Position numbers and translations under genes: made by a program. DNA of 64,000 bases. Origin: Amoebophrya sp. A120 (lineage: Eukaryota > Protista > Dinoflagellata). Each line of letters opens with the position of its first letter. Position 1 is the first letter of the stretch. The notes under the pieces were generated by a model. It saw nothing but the letters and a program-made list of their open reading frames with translations. It did not search any database and was not told the origin of the DNA. Location: the NCBI GenBank assembly GCA_905178155.1, contig CAJINV010000003.1, forward strand, positions 4,029,253-4,093,252, in the 5' to 3' direction. Positions 43,591-57,630 of the stretch are shown here, in pieces.

Positions 43591-44905
43591 GTCTTCGTTC
43601 AGGGTTGTGCTTGTGCAGCTGCTTCGGTGCTTATCAGACCAGGGTTAGCGTTGCCGCCTCCAGACTGAGTGCTAACATAGTAGTTCTAAGTAAGTGATTC
43701 ACCCCCACGCTGGGCGTCATGTCCTAATTTGAAGATAAGCAGATCATGATCAATAAAAAAGGTTTTTTTGTTCTGTTTTTTACCTATAATTCTTCCTGGT
43801 GGATCCTCATGCTATACGCAACGAGAACGACCATACTAGAACTAGCCACCACGACATCAATTCCCGAAGAATATTTTTCATCTTTGACCGGACTTCTGGG
43901 TGGGGCCAATCTACGAACATCAAGAAAGTCCGTTCATACTTTGTCAATCTAGCGGTAACACATTTTGCTAATTTGCTCTCTCATCTCTTTCTCTCCTCAG
44001 CTGCTCATTTCAGTTACTTGTCGAGAACGCTCCAGGGCACCGGCTCAGATTGATTAATTTTCCTCGAAACACACGAAAATCTTTGCGACGACAAGAAGAA
44101 CATACGAGGAATTCGGCAAGATATCGTGCGGGTCGACCCTGCAACAAATTTTTATTTGTGATTAGTTTTTTTCGTTTTGCACCCGTGACTACTAAACACG
44201 AATCACCTTCAACATTTGGTCGTAGTCCTTATCCAGTGGCGAGTTTCTGCAAAAATTACAGTAGCATGGCTCAGACGGAGCGATGAGGATGACCGACGAA
44301 ATGTAGATGATTCTTATGTGAAGAGTATGTCTGTGCTCGAAGAAAATAGATATAGAGAAGGAGAGCGGATGCTGATCATAGGTGATCAGAAAAGCAAACT
44401 GTATGGACTTCATGCTGTAGAAAATGCAAAAGCAGAAGTGCTCGTAGAGCTAGAGAAGCCACAGTGGGTACGGGAGCTAATGGCCTCCTGCCATCTAATA
44501 TCGTCCCCTTGTTGTCTTTTTTTATGTCATCATGTATGCATTAAACCTTCGTTAATTTTGTTGATGAATCCTAGCTGTAGTTTCTGTGTGATAGATTGGA
44601 AATATTGAATCAAGATCGCCATCTTTTTTAACATATTTGTAAGCGCCAAGGACATTGCAACACCGCAATTGCAAACGTACTAGTAAATCAACAGCGCGGA
44701 ACGACAACTCATCTGCAAAGAAAGGAGTAAAACAGTAGTTCACGACCATTTTGTGAGATTCCGTCGGTGCTGCTGTTCCTCTTCCTTCTCGTTCGCGATC
44801 ACTACCTTCAAGAGAAATGTGGATAAGGATATCGAATGATAATGAAGGAAGTCGTTCTCGTCGTTCTTACTTGCACAACATCAAAAATCGTGCTCGTGCA
44901 CCACC

Positions 44906-45477
44906 TTAGCAGCAGCACGTCCGCGACGGTTTTTCCGACTTCGTCGATCCCCGATCCCCCGAAGAGGTTGCGGTCGCTCTGGCAGAATTCGACGGGCGCG
45001 ACGCGCGTCCACTGTCCACCACAACCGCGCTGTCCGCCTGCCCTTCCGCGTGTGTCGCGGCCGCCTTCTTCTTCGCCGCGTACCGAGAGCCTCCGACCGT
45101 CGGCGGCAAATCCTTGATCTCGTACGTGGTGTGAGTGGGGGGCCCGCCCCCGGCGGTCGAATTCATCGCGTACGCACTGGGAATCAACTTGTTGATCCCG
45201 CCCGGAACCGCCCCCGGTACCTGAATGGAATTGATATTTTGATTTTGAGCACTATTATAATAATTGTGGTTGCTGTCACTGTCTCGGTGACATATAGCAA
45301 ACTCACTAGTAATGTTGGAACTAGCATCAATTCAATAGCAATATTACCTCCAATGGAATTCAGTGGACATTTGTATGTAAAAGTGCAAATAGAAGTGGGT
45401 ACCTGCATTTGAGCCGGCTTCGGAGAAGTGGGAAGGTCCGAGTGCAGCTCGTAGTTCGATGGCGGAGGCAATGGCAT
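44906..45477 (-). CDS. Small disordered protein ending RTCCC (probable lipid anchor), 2 exons
   Basis: MPLPPPS..AQMQ| GT-AG intron 45402-45221 |VPGAVPGGINKLIPSAYA...RTCCC*. Confidence 0.65.
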
Positions 45478-46622
45478 TTTGTTTGTCGTGGGGGTGTTTC
45501 TCACGACAAGCGAGACGGACTTTTGTAACGTAGGCGAGAAAGTTGACGCGCGGAGTTTTAGTTCGGAACAAGCGCAATTATGGTGAGTGAGTTTCGCTTT
45601 GTAGTGTGCGGTTCGAGGATTCTAGTACATGCAGTTGTCTTTTCAATCAGCGAACTTCTACTTATTGTTATTCAACAAGGTAGAGAGACGAGAGAAAAGG
45701 TGGGGCAATGCTTGAGCTGAGTTGATAGTTTTACAGGAGAAACCGTCTTGCGCTAGAACAAGACAGAGGGACGAACGTTTTTCCAAATGCTTGGTTTGTG
45801 TCTGGGAAGACACCACTACACGATGCAAATTGGCACGAGCACACTGACCGATATGCTTCTGTGTTGCACGACCGACTACATACACAACCGGCAGTTGTAG
45901 TTGCGGTTGCACTGTAGATGTACGAGGAGAGTGGACGTTATCAAGACAGAGCACGAGGGTACTACCACGATGGACCGATAGGTCTTCTCCAGGCATGAAG
46001 ACGATGACAAATTTTGCCAGGCATGACGAACGAAGAAGTACGTAGAGGTGGTGCACTATTTTTGGTAGCTTTTCATAGCAACCATAGTCTTGACGCTGGA
46101 CGGTTGTATCAGTCATTCGGTTGGTCGAAGTCGCAAGGCAGGACACGACCACCAACAACTTGAAAATACGAAGCACGAGATGTTTTAGTTTTTGGTTTCT
46201 AGGTAGTAGAAGCACGTCGCACGGCAGGAGCTCACTGAGAAACTGCCACCAGCATTTGCAATTATCAATGTGCAGCATGTGCAGTCACTGTGTTAAAAAA
46301 ACAGCGGCTCTACAACTTATCAAGCATGTGGAGCGTGAGCGTGGTGTGCATCTACGTGCTGTTACAAAATTAAGGAGGCCAAAAGCAAGGAAACTTTTTA
46401 CTCACATGTTTGAGCTTGCCAGCCGAAATTTTCGCTGTTGCAAGATGTCGATGATGATTGTTCAAAAGGTACTACACGCAAAAATAGACATGTTTAAGTA
46501 ATTGTATCATGGATAAGTATGCAATAAGTTTTGTAGTAAACTAACATCACAATCACAGAACAAGAAGCTGTTCGTAGTGCATGTGTTCGTCGTGCTGGTG
46601 CATCATGAAAACACAATTTCTT

Positions 46623-47249
46623 TTAGCATCCTCCGCAAAACAAGCAGCAATCGCGCTTCTTCGGTGCCGGGTTGCTGTTGGATTTGCGGGCACTCGGTGG
46701 GCGCACCATGGGATCCATGCCTGACATAGGCTGCTGGGATGGGGGCCTGCTTCCCATTTGGCTCGTGTTCGCAGCGGAGAACCGTCCGGCGGAGGAATTC
46801 GCACTCTTCAGATAGGATGGTAGATCCTGTTGAACAATGCTGCCCTGGGACAGAGCAGAGGGTACCTGAATTTGTTTTTGAGCATGACCAACTTCAACAA
46901 ATTTGAAATTCACGTGTAACTATATCGTTTATCATTTTGATGCCGTGGGCAAAAAACAGGAGGTGCGTTGGAACAAATGGAGTTTTCGTCAATCCAGGAC
47001 TAGGGTTAGATTTCCTACAAGAAAAAACTTTACATCAGCAGGTGCTAGATGTACCGCGTAGTTGTCCATAGCCATGTAGGACACGGGCGCCGAGTGTAGG
47101 CTGTAAGCAGACACCGGATTGATCGGTTGGCCCTTGTTGCTGACCCGCTGCTGCTTCCCCTTGCTGCTGCTGCGCCCATCCTTGCCCTTGCCCTTGCTGC
47201 TGCTACGAGCCTTGCCACTCTGGCGCTGCTGTTGCTGCGGGGCGGACAT
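46623..47249 (-). CDS. Small basic disordered protein ending DCCLFCGGC, 2 exons
   Basis: MSAPQQQQ..DNYA| GT-AG intron 47054-46866 |VPSALSQG...KKRDCCLFCGGC*. Confidence 0.65.
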
Positions 47250-48614
47250 TGTCGTGAGTGTGTGTGCGTTCAACGTTCAACGTCCAAGCAGATGAACTGT
47301 CAAGAATTGTTTCTCAGACGAGGAGTTCGGTTCTGCAAAATAACTTCAATAATTATGCGTCTATAAAATCAGTGCTAGCTTCTATCGTTATGGAAGAGCT
47401 AGAAATTTGCTTAATTGTTAAGGCGGGAAATTCAAAGTATGAAATAGGAAAACTGTTGAGAATTAGATGAGCTGAGATGTTCGCGTTTCTGCATCATCTG
47501 CTGATATATTTTTCTGTATGTCTCTAAAGCACGACGAGGAAAACCGATATCAATGTTGTTTCTCGCTTGTAATCACCGAACGTAGGGGGCAAGAACTATG
47601 CAAAACCGAAGTTTACTAGACAACTCATTCTTACCGATTGATGGTATCGCACGAAAATACGCATAGCCGTAAAGATGTGACCATGTTGATAACGACCGAG
47701 CAGGTATTGACGAAGTTAGAAGAAATGGTAATCGGCAGACACACGTAAAACAACAATACGACTATCGAGGACACCGAATCGGTACTGCTTGGCTCCTCAT
47801 CTCAAACCGAAATTTCGTCGCTTGAGTGAAAGTTGCTACGTACGAAATGGAACCGATCATGTATTGGTGGAATAAGAAGACTTGCACCCCGACAGTATCT
47901 GTATCATTTTGCCACTGCTGGCACGACAACGTCCGAACAACAACAGGAGGAACAGGAACTACTAGCGTTTTTCAATCATCAATTCTTTCAAAATCAAAAT
48001 TCGCGCGCATACGCTGCAACGGTTGCGAGGCCTTCCAACAACAACGATTTATCCATTGACTTTCCTGTCTCTCTTGAAACCTGGTCATCGAATGCACTTG
48101 AAACATCTTTTATTTTCGATGATCCCCAAGGACCATGGCGAGTTCTTGTAAGCAAAGAATGGAGTGCGAAGACATATAGTTCATCGGTATAATTGAAAGA
48201 ACTGAGATGCCCGACCCCGATGCTATGGTTGATGCATACATAGCTGCCATAGGTTTTCGTTTTCTTGGTTTCTTGATAGCCGGCTTTGGCTGCTGCATTT
48301 TGAAACATCGTGCTAGCAAAATTTGAATCAACATTCATCGATAAGAAACGCATCTCCTACTACCAAGCATGCGTAGCAGGCAGCAAAAACAGTTCAAAAA
48401 GCTCATCGGTGGCATTCATTCGGACAATATGATAAGCTCAAAGTCAAAAGTGGAAACGGGATGAAACGGAAACGGAAACGCACATAATCGAAGAGCATGA
48501 CTCTGACAGTGTCAATTCAACAAGTAGCTTTCAGACCGTAAGCAAAATCAAAGTTAAGTTTTTTTTTTGCGGATTCAAACATTATACAGTTGCATCAATC
48601 TTCATTTTGTTCAT

Positions 48615-50694
48615 CTAGAATGCTGCACCAGCCGGTCGAGCGATGGTGGTGAATTCTGGCTCGGGCATCGGTTCCTCTTGCATGAGCGGCTGCTGCTCCG
48701 CGAAATCATAGAATCCGCCATACTCGTCGGGCTCCTTCAACAACAGACGGTACAATAGGCCAGCGATAAAGATGGAAAACAGGGATAAAACCTGCAGTTC
48801 GGTTGTTTATAAATCATTTCCATTTGAAGACGTTTCAAAGTATGCCGTGACTTTTCGCAGAAACTTCGGGCGGTATGTTATTACGATGCAATTGCCAAGA
48901 AGGCAAACTAGAAGGACAAGCATGAAAAAAAAGGCCAGTTGTGAGAACAAATTTCAGTACCCCGACGTCTGCGTAGAAGAAGCGATCTGCGAAGAAGGGC
49001 TGGGGTACCAATAGAACGTACCAAGCGAACAGAATGAAGAGAATGCTCAAAGCAATTGGGGTCCAGGCGGGGCGATTGGTCAAGGTGCGCTTGATCCAAT
49101 CTTCTCGGTGACCAAAAACAACGTACCCCGTATCAAGCACCAAGAAGGTGACCAAGACCAAGCCCACAAGCGCATTGGCGTATTCGTGTCCAAACTCGGA
49201 TATCGCCTTGAGCGGTTCCTCGGTGAATGCCGGGATGCCACCCGTGGGGGGTGGTGCGCCGGTGGCCGTCCCCGTCGGAGCGGTTACCACCGTCACGACG
49301 AAAAACGCCAAAATCGCGACACTCGGCGTTAAGCGAAGCAAGGCGTACTTGGCAAAACGCAGTAGCTCGCGAGATTCGACCAGGTTTTCTATCGTTTCAG
49401 GCCGGTACGAAAAATCGTACAGCGAGATCGCAAAGTTGATGACGGAGTACAGGATCTGCAACGAGAACGATACCAACTGCACCAACGCGATCCACCACAG
49501 ATCGAAGTTCATCTGTCAAAATGGTTTTTCTTTAGTCGAAGGGCATGAGTACTTGCGGAAAAAGTGTAACAAGGTCAGTAGGAGTAGGGGAAGAAATGAA
49601 AATCGCCTATACTTAAACTTCTATTTCTATTACCAGCCTGCAGGCGTTCGTCGTTCTAAAGACAAAACAGACGAGCGCGGCGAAGGTGACGAACAGAATC
49701 TGCGTGAAGACCGTCAAAAACTTCATGCCGTGGCCATACCACTGCGCCGGACCGCCCTTTTCTGCAATGCTGTTGTGATAACGCGACCACCGGGTGTGCA
49801 AGAGGACGTCAAACCCGGCGCCAAATGTCACGAGCAGCTGATAGACAAACCGGCCTTCCGGGGAGCAGGAGGACGTCACCTCCTGAGTCGACAAAATCGT
49901 CACGACGGCAGTAAGTAAGTCGACCAGTAGAGCTGTTGGGAAGTTTTTCGTGTTGGTTTGCTTCACGATCTTCATCAACGCTCAACAAGGAGATCCAATC
50001 AGTCCTCAGGGAAAATCTAAATTTTATTGAGTACGGGAACTTAACAAGCCACAGAAAGAGCTCCCCGCCTCACCGCTCTGCTCATACGTTCACAAAAACA
50101 ATGAATTTGCATTTCTACGGATCAACATTCGTAATCGTATGTACCAAATCCCACGAGAGAGGGCTTCCAGCTCCTCAACGGGCGGGAGTAGGCCATCGTG
50201 TCGTGGGTGTACATGGAAGTCGAGGCCGAAGACATCGCGAACGTCAAAGGGCCACCAAACACTTGGTCCACCGACGGCGCCCGGTTCCACATTTCCGTTG
50301 ACCGGGCCTTGAAGTCGGGAATCATGTAACCGAACCGCCCGAAGGAGTGCGAATTTGAAGAAAAATTGCGCGAAGATGTTGAGTTCGAGTGGCCGTTGCT
50401 AGTGTTCTGCGCCACTGACGCGCTGGAACTACCGCTGCCGCTCTCGCCATGATCCCCGTTGTTATTTCTTGCTGCCCTCGAAGGAGTAAACACATCGTAC
50501 CAGGCTGCATGTCGCATCGTTGGTGTTTGGTCCGCACGATGATCCGGATTCGTGAACTCGTTCACCTCGTCGCTACTTCCGCTGCGTCCGTTCGTACCAT
50601 TGCTCTCGTCTAGCACGTCGTGCTGCACCACGTTCACTGTCTGGCCGCTCAAGTCGAGTCTTGGAGATTGGGCTTTGTCGTTAGGTAGTACCAT
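48615..50694 (-). CDS. Multipass membrane protein of unknown family, about 4 exons
   Basis: ORFs 50122-50784, 49613-49978 and 48835-49512 plus a last exon VLSLFSIFIAGLLYRLL...AGAAF*. Plausible GT-AG joins; the last donor was not located. Many hydrophobic segments. Confidence 0.6.
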
Positions 50695-52346
50695 CTTAGT
50701 TCTTGTCTGTCGATAATGAGCAAGCTGCCGCTCGTGCGGCCTTTCTTGTTTCCGCACTGCTAGAAGAAGTAGGAAATAGAACAAAGTTGATGGATATCTA
50801 TTGAAGATTGATGTTGCGAATTGAACGCCGGTAGTCTTGTTACTTCTTTCTCAATACTGCAATTGGAAACGTCCACCTGCTGTGTGGTAATCGAAAACGA
50901 TCATCCATCCCATCTTTTTGGATTGGAATCACCTCTCGGCGACATCCCTCGGCCTCGTTGTCATTGCATCGCTTCACACTCGAACAGAAACACGACACTC
51001 ATGTCGGGAACGCAGCGAGCACTCGAATGTTTCTTTTTGTTTTCGATTTGCGAAAAAAAACGACAGCTTACGGAAGAGTAACATTAAGATACAACACACA
51101 TACGACCGGCAATATCAAGACGATTGTTGGAGACGCGACGCGTTCCGTGTGACCACGCTCCCGCTGCCGCGGTACTGGTATTGTCCTGTTTGACATAACA
51201 TTACTTTGATATCGCAACAAGAATAGATCCGAAGACTTCATTCCTTCAATCTGCTTCAACAGACACGATAGGTTCGGGTGCTGCTACATAAGGGAAAATT
51301 GCGAGGCATCACATCTTCATGAGCAGAAGCAAATTCAAGAGCCTTATTAACTTTGGTACATTCTGGAACATAGACATACATAGAAGTGTCTAGATATCAA
51401 CAGGCGCTACTAGTCGTGGTGTACAAAACAGAAAGATGTGGCAATCGAAGAGAGAAATCTGAAAGTCGCTGAAATGCTGAGATTTTTCGAGTATGAAGGT
51501 AATAGATACTCACAAACACACAGGGTGACGCTTCACAGCCTTTGCAAAAAAGCACCAGAAGTTGTAGATAGACGGAGCTACAACAGAAAATTTATGTTAA
51601 CTGTTGCGCTCAGTGTCTACCAAGGCCACCAATCACAATCGGGGCCCAGCTTTTTGAGTTTGAAGAGAGAAGTGCAAGAAGGCATAGATTTCAAGAGATC
51701 GCCTGTTTTTGGTTGTTACTTGCTACAGAAAAAACCAATTACCACCTGATGGAGTACGACATTGTAAACTTGAGACGAAGTAGGAGGTTTTCCAGACGGC
51801 ATTTAAAATCGGTAACAGTAAGGGAGTCACTAGTTAGTATGAGAGGAAAGCGTAAGCGGCCGGGTTTAAAGGGAAGGAAGTAGCTTTAGTACGGCACATC
51901 GATCTCCGTTTACTGACCTCCGCCCCGAAGTCAGTGGTTGATTTCCTCGTGATGGTGATTGCGATATTTACGAAATTGATATAGCGGTCGTGTCGCCAGC
52001 TCAGTGAGTAGCTTCCTTGAGTACGTCGAAAATGTTTTCGGATACAACAGAAGATGAACGAAGACATAAATCATAATGCAAAATTGCAGAAACGTTGACG
52101 CTCCGATTTTTCGATGCCTACGAAATTGAATGCCAAGTCCTGACAACATCGAAGCAACTAGCGAGACCTGCTCGCTCGTATAATTGGATTTGGATATCTT
52201 GTCTTGACAGCACAGAAATACGCCGCCTGGTTGATAATGACAGATACTAGTACAAGTAGTAAGGTGCAACTTTTATTTAATTTCCTACTTGCGAGAGTTG
52301 TTACCCTGTTTTCTTCCGATCGAGAATCATTCCATCGATACCTTCG

Positions 52347-55300
52347 CTATGCTTCACCGCCTATCGGAGTAGCGCCCTCTTCTGGGGTTTCCATCCGCGG
52401 TTCTTCTCGTCCAGCAGCTAGCAGGTCGTACGGTTCGTCGCCTGGCGGCCGACGAATCAGTGGGATGTCCCCGGAGGGTTCGTTGTGGTGGTTGTTCTGC
52501 TCAAAGATTGACGATCCGTTCAGTGATACTTCTGCTCCGACCTGCGAAAGAGCTCCAGGAACAGCAGCGGAAGCTTCTGCACGACCTTGTAGAGCGCAAC
52601 TTTCTGGTGGCTTGTTTATTTTGGTATCAACTTTCGGCGGTGTAAATACCGTCTCCTTGCGCTGATACTTCGTGGCCCGTCCCGCACTTCCCATCATGTT
52701 GCGCCGAAATTTTCCATCGCTGTGATGCTCGTTGAGCAGCCGCGGTGTGTCGGCGGCGATGTCTTTGTTCAGATGTTGGTTCTCGCCAGAAATCCGTGCT
52801 TGCGGCAGCACCGGCTGGAACAACGGGTTCTCGTTTTCCTTGTTGCCGAAGCTGTTTGACCGGCCGCGTTCCGCGGTTGCAGGTGGTGGCTTATTGATTG
52901 CGCCGGAGGAGGTGCGCACCTTGTTGATGCTGCCTAGCTGCTCCTGAGCACGGTGGCTGAGAGGAGCACCAAAGTTGGTGCGTGGCGTCCTGTCGCTTCG
53001 CCGGCTAGCACCACTCAATCGGCTCGGATCGAAGACGCGTTTCGCTTGCGGTTCCCCTGCTCCTGTGGGCTCCGGCGGTTTGTTCCTCTCGAAACTGGTA
53101 TTGGTGGTATGATTTTTGGGGCCGCGGGGCAGACGAGAATTGAGTGTGGTGCCGAACGCAGGCCTGGCTCTGGGCGGGTCTAGTACCCCGCTAGCGTTTC
53201 CGAGCACCAGACCTCCTGTTGTACCAGATGACGAGGAGTTCGAGTTACTTGAGGAGGACCCACCACCAGCCGCGACAGCAACTTCTTGTAGTTCCTGCGC
53301 CACAGCAGAACTACCACTGGCACTGTCACCTTGCTGTTGAAGTTGCTCACTTGCCGCTCCTTCTAAAGGACTGGGATCGTGACTGGAGGTTCCACCTCTG
53401 CTTCTTGAGCGGACCACCGTCCTGCGCGCCACGCCCGGGACGCCTGCTTCGCCGCTCCCCTTGCGTGGTGGCAGCGAGTCGTCTCGCCGGGTACTGTCCT
53501 CCGCTCCAGCCGAGGTCAGGCGCTTCGGCAGCTGGTAGAGTCGCGTGTCCCGGGGTTCCGTCAGGGGTGGTTTTTGCACGACGGGGAGGTTGCTGCGGTA
53601 CTGCGGAACTGGCCGAGCGCGAAACTGCAACTGCTTCCGGTGCCTCTCCAACTCCGCGCGCTCCGCGTCTGCCCGCGCCCGAAGCTCCTCGGCCTTCTGC
53701 TCGGCCCGCTCTGCCATGCGTTCCTTCTTTTCCCGCTCATAGTCCTCCCGCTTCACTGCTTGTCGGTCGCTGTGCAATTTGACTTCCATTGGAAGCGTGC
53801 GCCTCCGATTCTGCTCCACATGATTGATCGTAGGCGGTCTGCAGTTTTATTAGAGTGGTTGGCTGGACGAGAATAAATCACAATGTAAACAATCTTCTAC
53901 GATCTCTACGAAAGTCAAAGATGTGATACTGAAAACATGTTGACGGATCGTCTTTTAGTTTTACGGTAATTTCAACATCAAGGAGCGATACTTGGGATGC
54001 AAGACAGAGTCCGGGACCGGGCGCGCTTTGAAGGGTTGCGGGCTGTCGTCCATGTGACTGCGGCGGCGCGGCGTCGAGCTCCGGCGTCTCTGACTCTCTT
54101 CGAGCCCCTTGAACGGGACCGGATCCGTGATGGGACGGGGCTCAATTGCTGGCGCAAGCCACTTCGATCGCAGCTCCTCGTACTGGATGGGTTTTGCCTT
54201 GAATTTGGTGTCAAACTTTTGCGGCTCCGGCTTCCGAGAGAAGTTGCTGGTACTGAGGCGAAATTCCTGCACCTTGTCCACAACGGAAGTTCGCCTTTGC
54301 TCCGTGCTGCTTAAGTCCGGCCTCCACGGTTCGGAGAAATCAGGCACTGGGTTTGCCTGATGATGAGAATTTTTGTCGAAAAGCTTCTTCAAGAAGAGCC
54401 TGTGCCTGAGCCTGATCACATATCAGTGTCGGTCATGAAAATTACGTACAAGAACGAAAGTGTGACATCAGCTACGTACTCGTTTAAAAACTACGTGCAA
54501 CAGCGTCCAGTTTGGGTAAAAGGTACCTTGTATGGCTCGGTGACGTTGCGCTTTGCCTTGTCTTCCTGTTCCTTTTTGACGAGAAACCTCTTCAGGGTGT
54601 GGGTATCGTCGTTGGTTGAGAGTCGAAACGGTTTCGGTTTTGTCGGCGAAACTTTTGGCTTTTCGGGCGGCTGCGACGGCTCATACCTAGAAGAAATTGG
54701 CTCAGGGAGGAATACTGTCTCACTTTCGCTTTCTTCGCACGGTGGTGCAGCTATTGCGGGATTAATATTTCATTCGTCATTGGCATTCATGTTCATGATA
54801 GCAGCTTTCGATAGTGATAGAAGAGGCACATCAAGCACAACAAAGACGTAGGTACGTGGTCTGTGGCAAATTGCGGGCTCGAAAAGCAGCTTCGGGAGCA
54901 GTGGAATCTACAGAGGACGCGGCTGAATGCACTCCCGAGGTGCGTCTGGTTTGCTCCGTCAGCTTGAAAGGCTCAGGCTCCGTCACTGGTCGTCGCTCGA
55001 CGGAGCGATTCACAAATTGATTGCTGTAGTCGGCGACCGGACGAGCAACAAACGGAACATACAAGTCGCGCTCCCGCTCTTCCAGGATGGCTTGCTTCAC
55101 TTCTTCGAACTTCGCGTGGTGTTTCTGAGCACGGTGTTCTGTCGCCAGTCGCGGCTCTTGTACCTCGGTGAGCTCAAATTCCGCCGGCCGCACTTCGAAT
55201 TTCACACGATCAAAATCGGGCATCGGCATTGCCTTGAATTTCGGACCTGTGCCACCCGCATCCTCCGCCTCGTTTCTGTTTGCGCTCTCGCCCCGGGCTT

Positions 55301-57630
55301 TGGAACCTTACAGGGATGCAAATGAAAGTTAAAGTTTTGCTTTTATTGCTTGTCGACGAGGGATACCCATACACTTACTTGAATATTTTTCAACACATTG
55401 CTATAATAAGTATCGACTGCACTTAACGCGTCGCAAAACTGTCAGTACCTAGAGAAAGCCGCGGAGATACAGGTTTTGTGGCAACAAAGCTTCTGCGCCG
55501 TGGAGGAAGTTGTTCTGGCTCGAAGGTGGTTTGCGGCAGAGGCAGTGCACGGAACTTTCCTTTGGACGGGTCCGGAGAGGCGCTCCGTCGTGGCGTGTTT
55601 TGACGGCTGCTCAGGCGAAATGGTTTTGGCTCTGTATTCGGTCGTCGATCGACACTGTGCCGCATCCCGAGGTCTGCATAATGACCGATATCACGAGCCT
55701 TGAACCCGTTGGCTAGAGCGATTTCTTCTTCCTGCTTCCGCTGCAAGTCTTCTCGCAACTTGTCGATCTTTTCGCGGTGCCGCTCCCCCCGCTGGTCCGT
55801 TTTCAGGGAGAAGGGATCCGGCTGTACCACATCGCGTTTCGGGGTCTGCACGCGCGAGGGAAAGCTGATTTGGTAGGTAGATGGGGGCGGCGGGCGCGCT
55901 TTGAACTTGTACGCCTGCTCGGTGTTGGAGCTGGACGCTGTCGCTGACGAGGAGGACCTTGTGCCACCACCGGTGCTTCTCGTTGATGCCGTCGCAACGC
56001 GGGGCACCAGCTTCGATGAACCCCCGTGCGAAATTTTCGGCGCTGAAGCAGAGGACGGCCCTTGGTGCGGAGGGGGGTTCACGTGTTTGCCGGATGATTT
56101 TCTGACTGTTTGCCCGCCTTGCTTGCTGTGGTCGTAGTCGACGGACGCATTCAGACGCAAAACGTCGCGTGATGAATTCAAATGTTGTGGCACGTAGTTC
56201 TTGGCCCTCTTGGCCAATTTTGCAACACCGGAAGGAGCGCTCTGCCGGCAGACTTGCGAAGATTGGACAGGAGCTCCGGGGCCCCCCGCCCGTGCGGCAT
56301 CGTCCTTCGCATGAGATCTTGCGGTGGCCTCAACAAATGGCAACTCGTCATCGAGGGGACTTGAGTAGACCAGGTTCGTCTGTCCGGCAGTAGCTGCGGT
56401 GTCGCGATGCTGAGGCAGCTGCGCCGACGTTTTGCCATTGTATTTCGGGGAGGAAGTAGAAGTGTCACGATCAAGCGCACCAGGATTCTTCGTAGAGGAA
56501 CCAGACGAGGAATCGCTGCTGCCACCAATGGTTTTTTCGAGACACATCCTCGTCGTAGCCGTGGACGCGCTCGGAAATAACGGAGCGCCAGCGGAAAAAG
56601 TAGAAGCTGCAGATGCGGGCCCTGGAGCTGCACCTCCTGGAGCCGCTGGTCCTATTGCATCTTTTGCCGCCGCTGTCGAACCTGCTTGCACCACAGGCCG
56701 TCGATCTGCAGCAGCAAGCGAGTTCGTTCCTTCTCCGTTGTGCGGTCGTGTGATTCCGGTCGTGGCCGCACCCTTCGAGGAGGTAGCAACAGAGACTGAC
56801 GGCGCGGAGTCTCGCGAGGCTCGATGCTGATCCTTTACCTTGCGGACTTTGCTCCACATGGACTTCACGCGTTCACTAAGGGCAATAGCGGAGTCCTTCC
56901 TGGCGTCCTCGTGGCAGGCTGCCGCGTCCTGCATCTCGACGTCCGGCGAACTACTTTTATGCGAGATCGTCGTAAACGCCTGGTGGTTTTCGTCGCTTCC
57001 ATCCGAATTCATTCGAAAGACCACGGGTCCTTTCGCACCACGCGACGACGTTTCGGCGTCGAAGCCTGTGTTTGCAGCCGCGGCCGACGACGAGGGGAAA
57101 GACGGATGTTGAAGGGCCGACGAGTGCTGAGTAGTACGTGCGCCCCCCGCCGCCTTGAGTCGTTCTTGACTGTTTATCCGGTGAATCATCTGACTCACCT
57201 TCCCAACACCGACTCCCTCAGGTCCTCGCTCCTGTTTCACGGGATGCGGCGTGCCACGCACCTTTTTTTTCTCGCCTGAATTACTAGCGGAGAACGCCCT
57301 CCTGCTGGGGGAGCTGTCAGGCGTGCTACGAATCGAGACGCGCCGCGGTGGCGGTTTGTGGTCTGCGCGAGAGTCGGAGGAAAGTGTCATCCGGGCCGCA
57401 ATCTTCAGCGCGCCACCGCTAGTACCCGCTTCCAAGCCCTGCGACAGCTCTTCGCCGTCGGGCTTTCTTTCTGATGAAGCTCCCAGTAGCTGCGCTGGTG
57501 CAGGGGAGTAGAATTCGTGCTGGGCGGAACCAAAAGTACTTTTGTACGATTTACTTCCCCGATCATTTGGCGTGTGCATGGCTAGCCCCGGCGAGCAACC
57601 CGGTGTTGCTCCTTGGGGGGACGAAGCCAT
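52347..57630 (-). CDS. TPX2-like microtubule-associated protein, multi-exon
   Basis: Repeated FKARP/FRARP and T.P.PF.L motifs across ORFs 55423-57753, 54831-55229, 53961-54419 and 52347-53819; ELERHRKQLQFRARPVP..PLTEP resembles the TPX2 C-terminal domain. Intron boundaries not mapped. Confidence 0.75.

Noticed and set aside
44216-44608. Possible decayed retroelement integrase fragment (IIGDQKSK...KAEV...WV)
   Set aside because: The resemblance is too weak to support by eye; no LTR or other domains nearby. Needs an HMM search.
45658-46501. 206-aa and 126-aa overlapping ORFs
   Set aside because: No recognisable motif or coding-like composition.
51438-52269. Short ORFs between the membrane-protein and TPX2-like genes
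   Set aside because: No motif or splice support.
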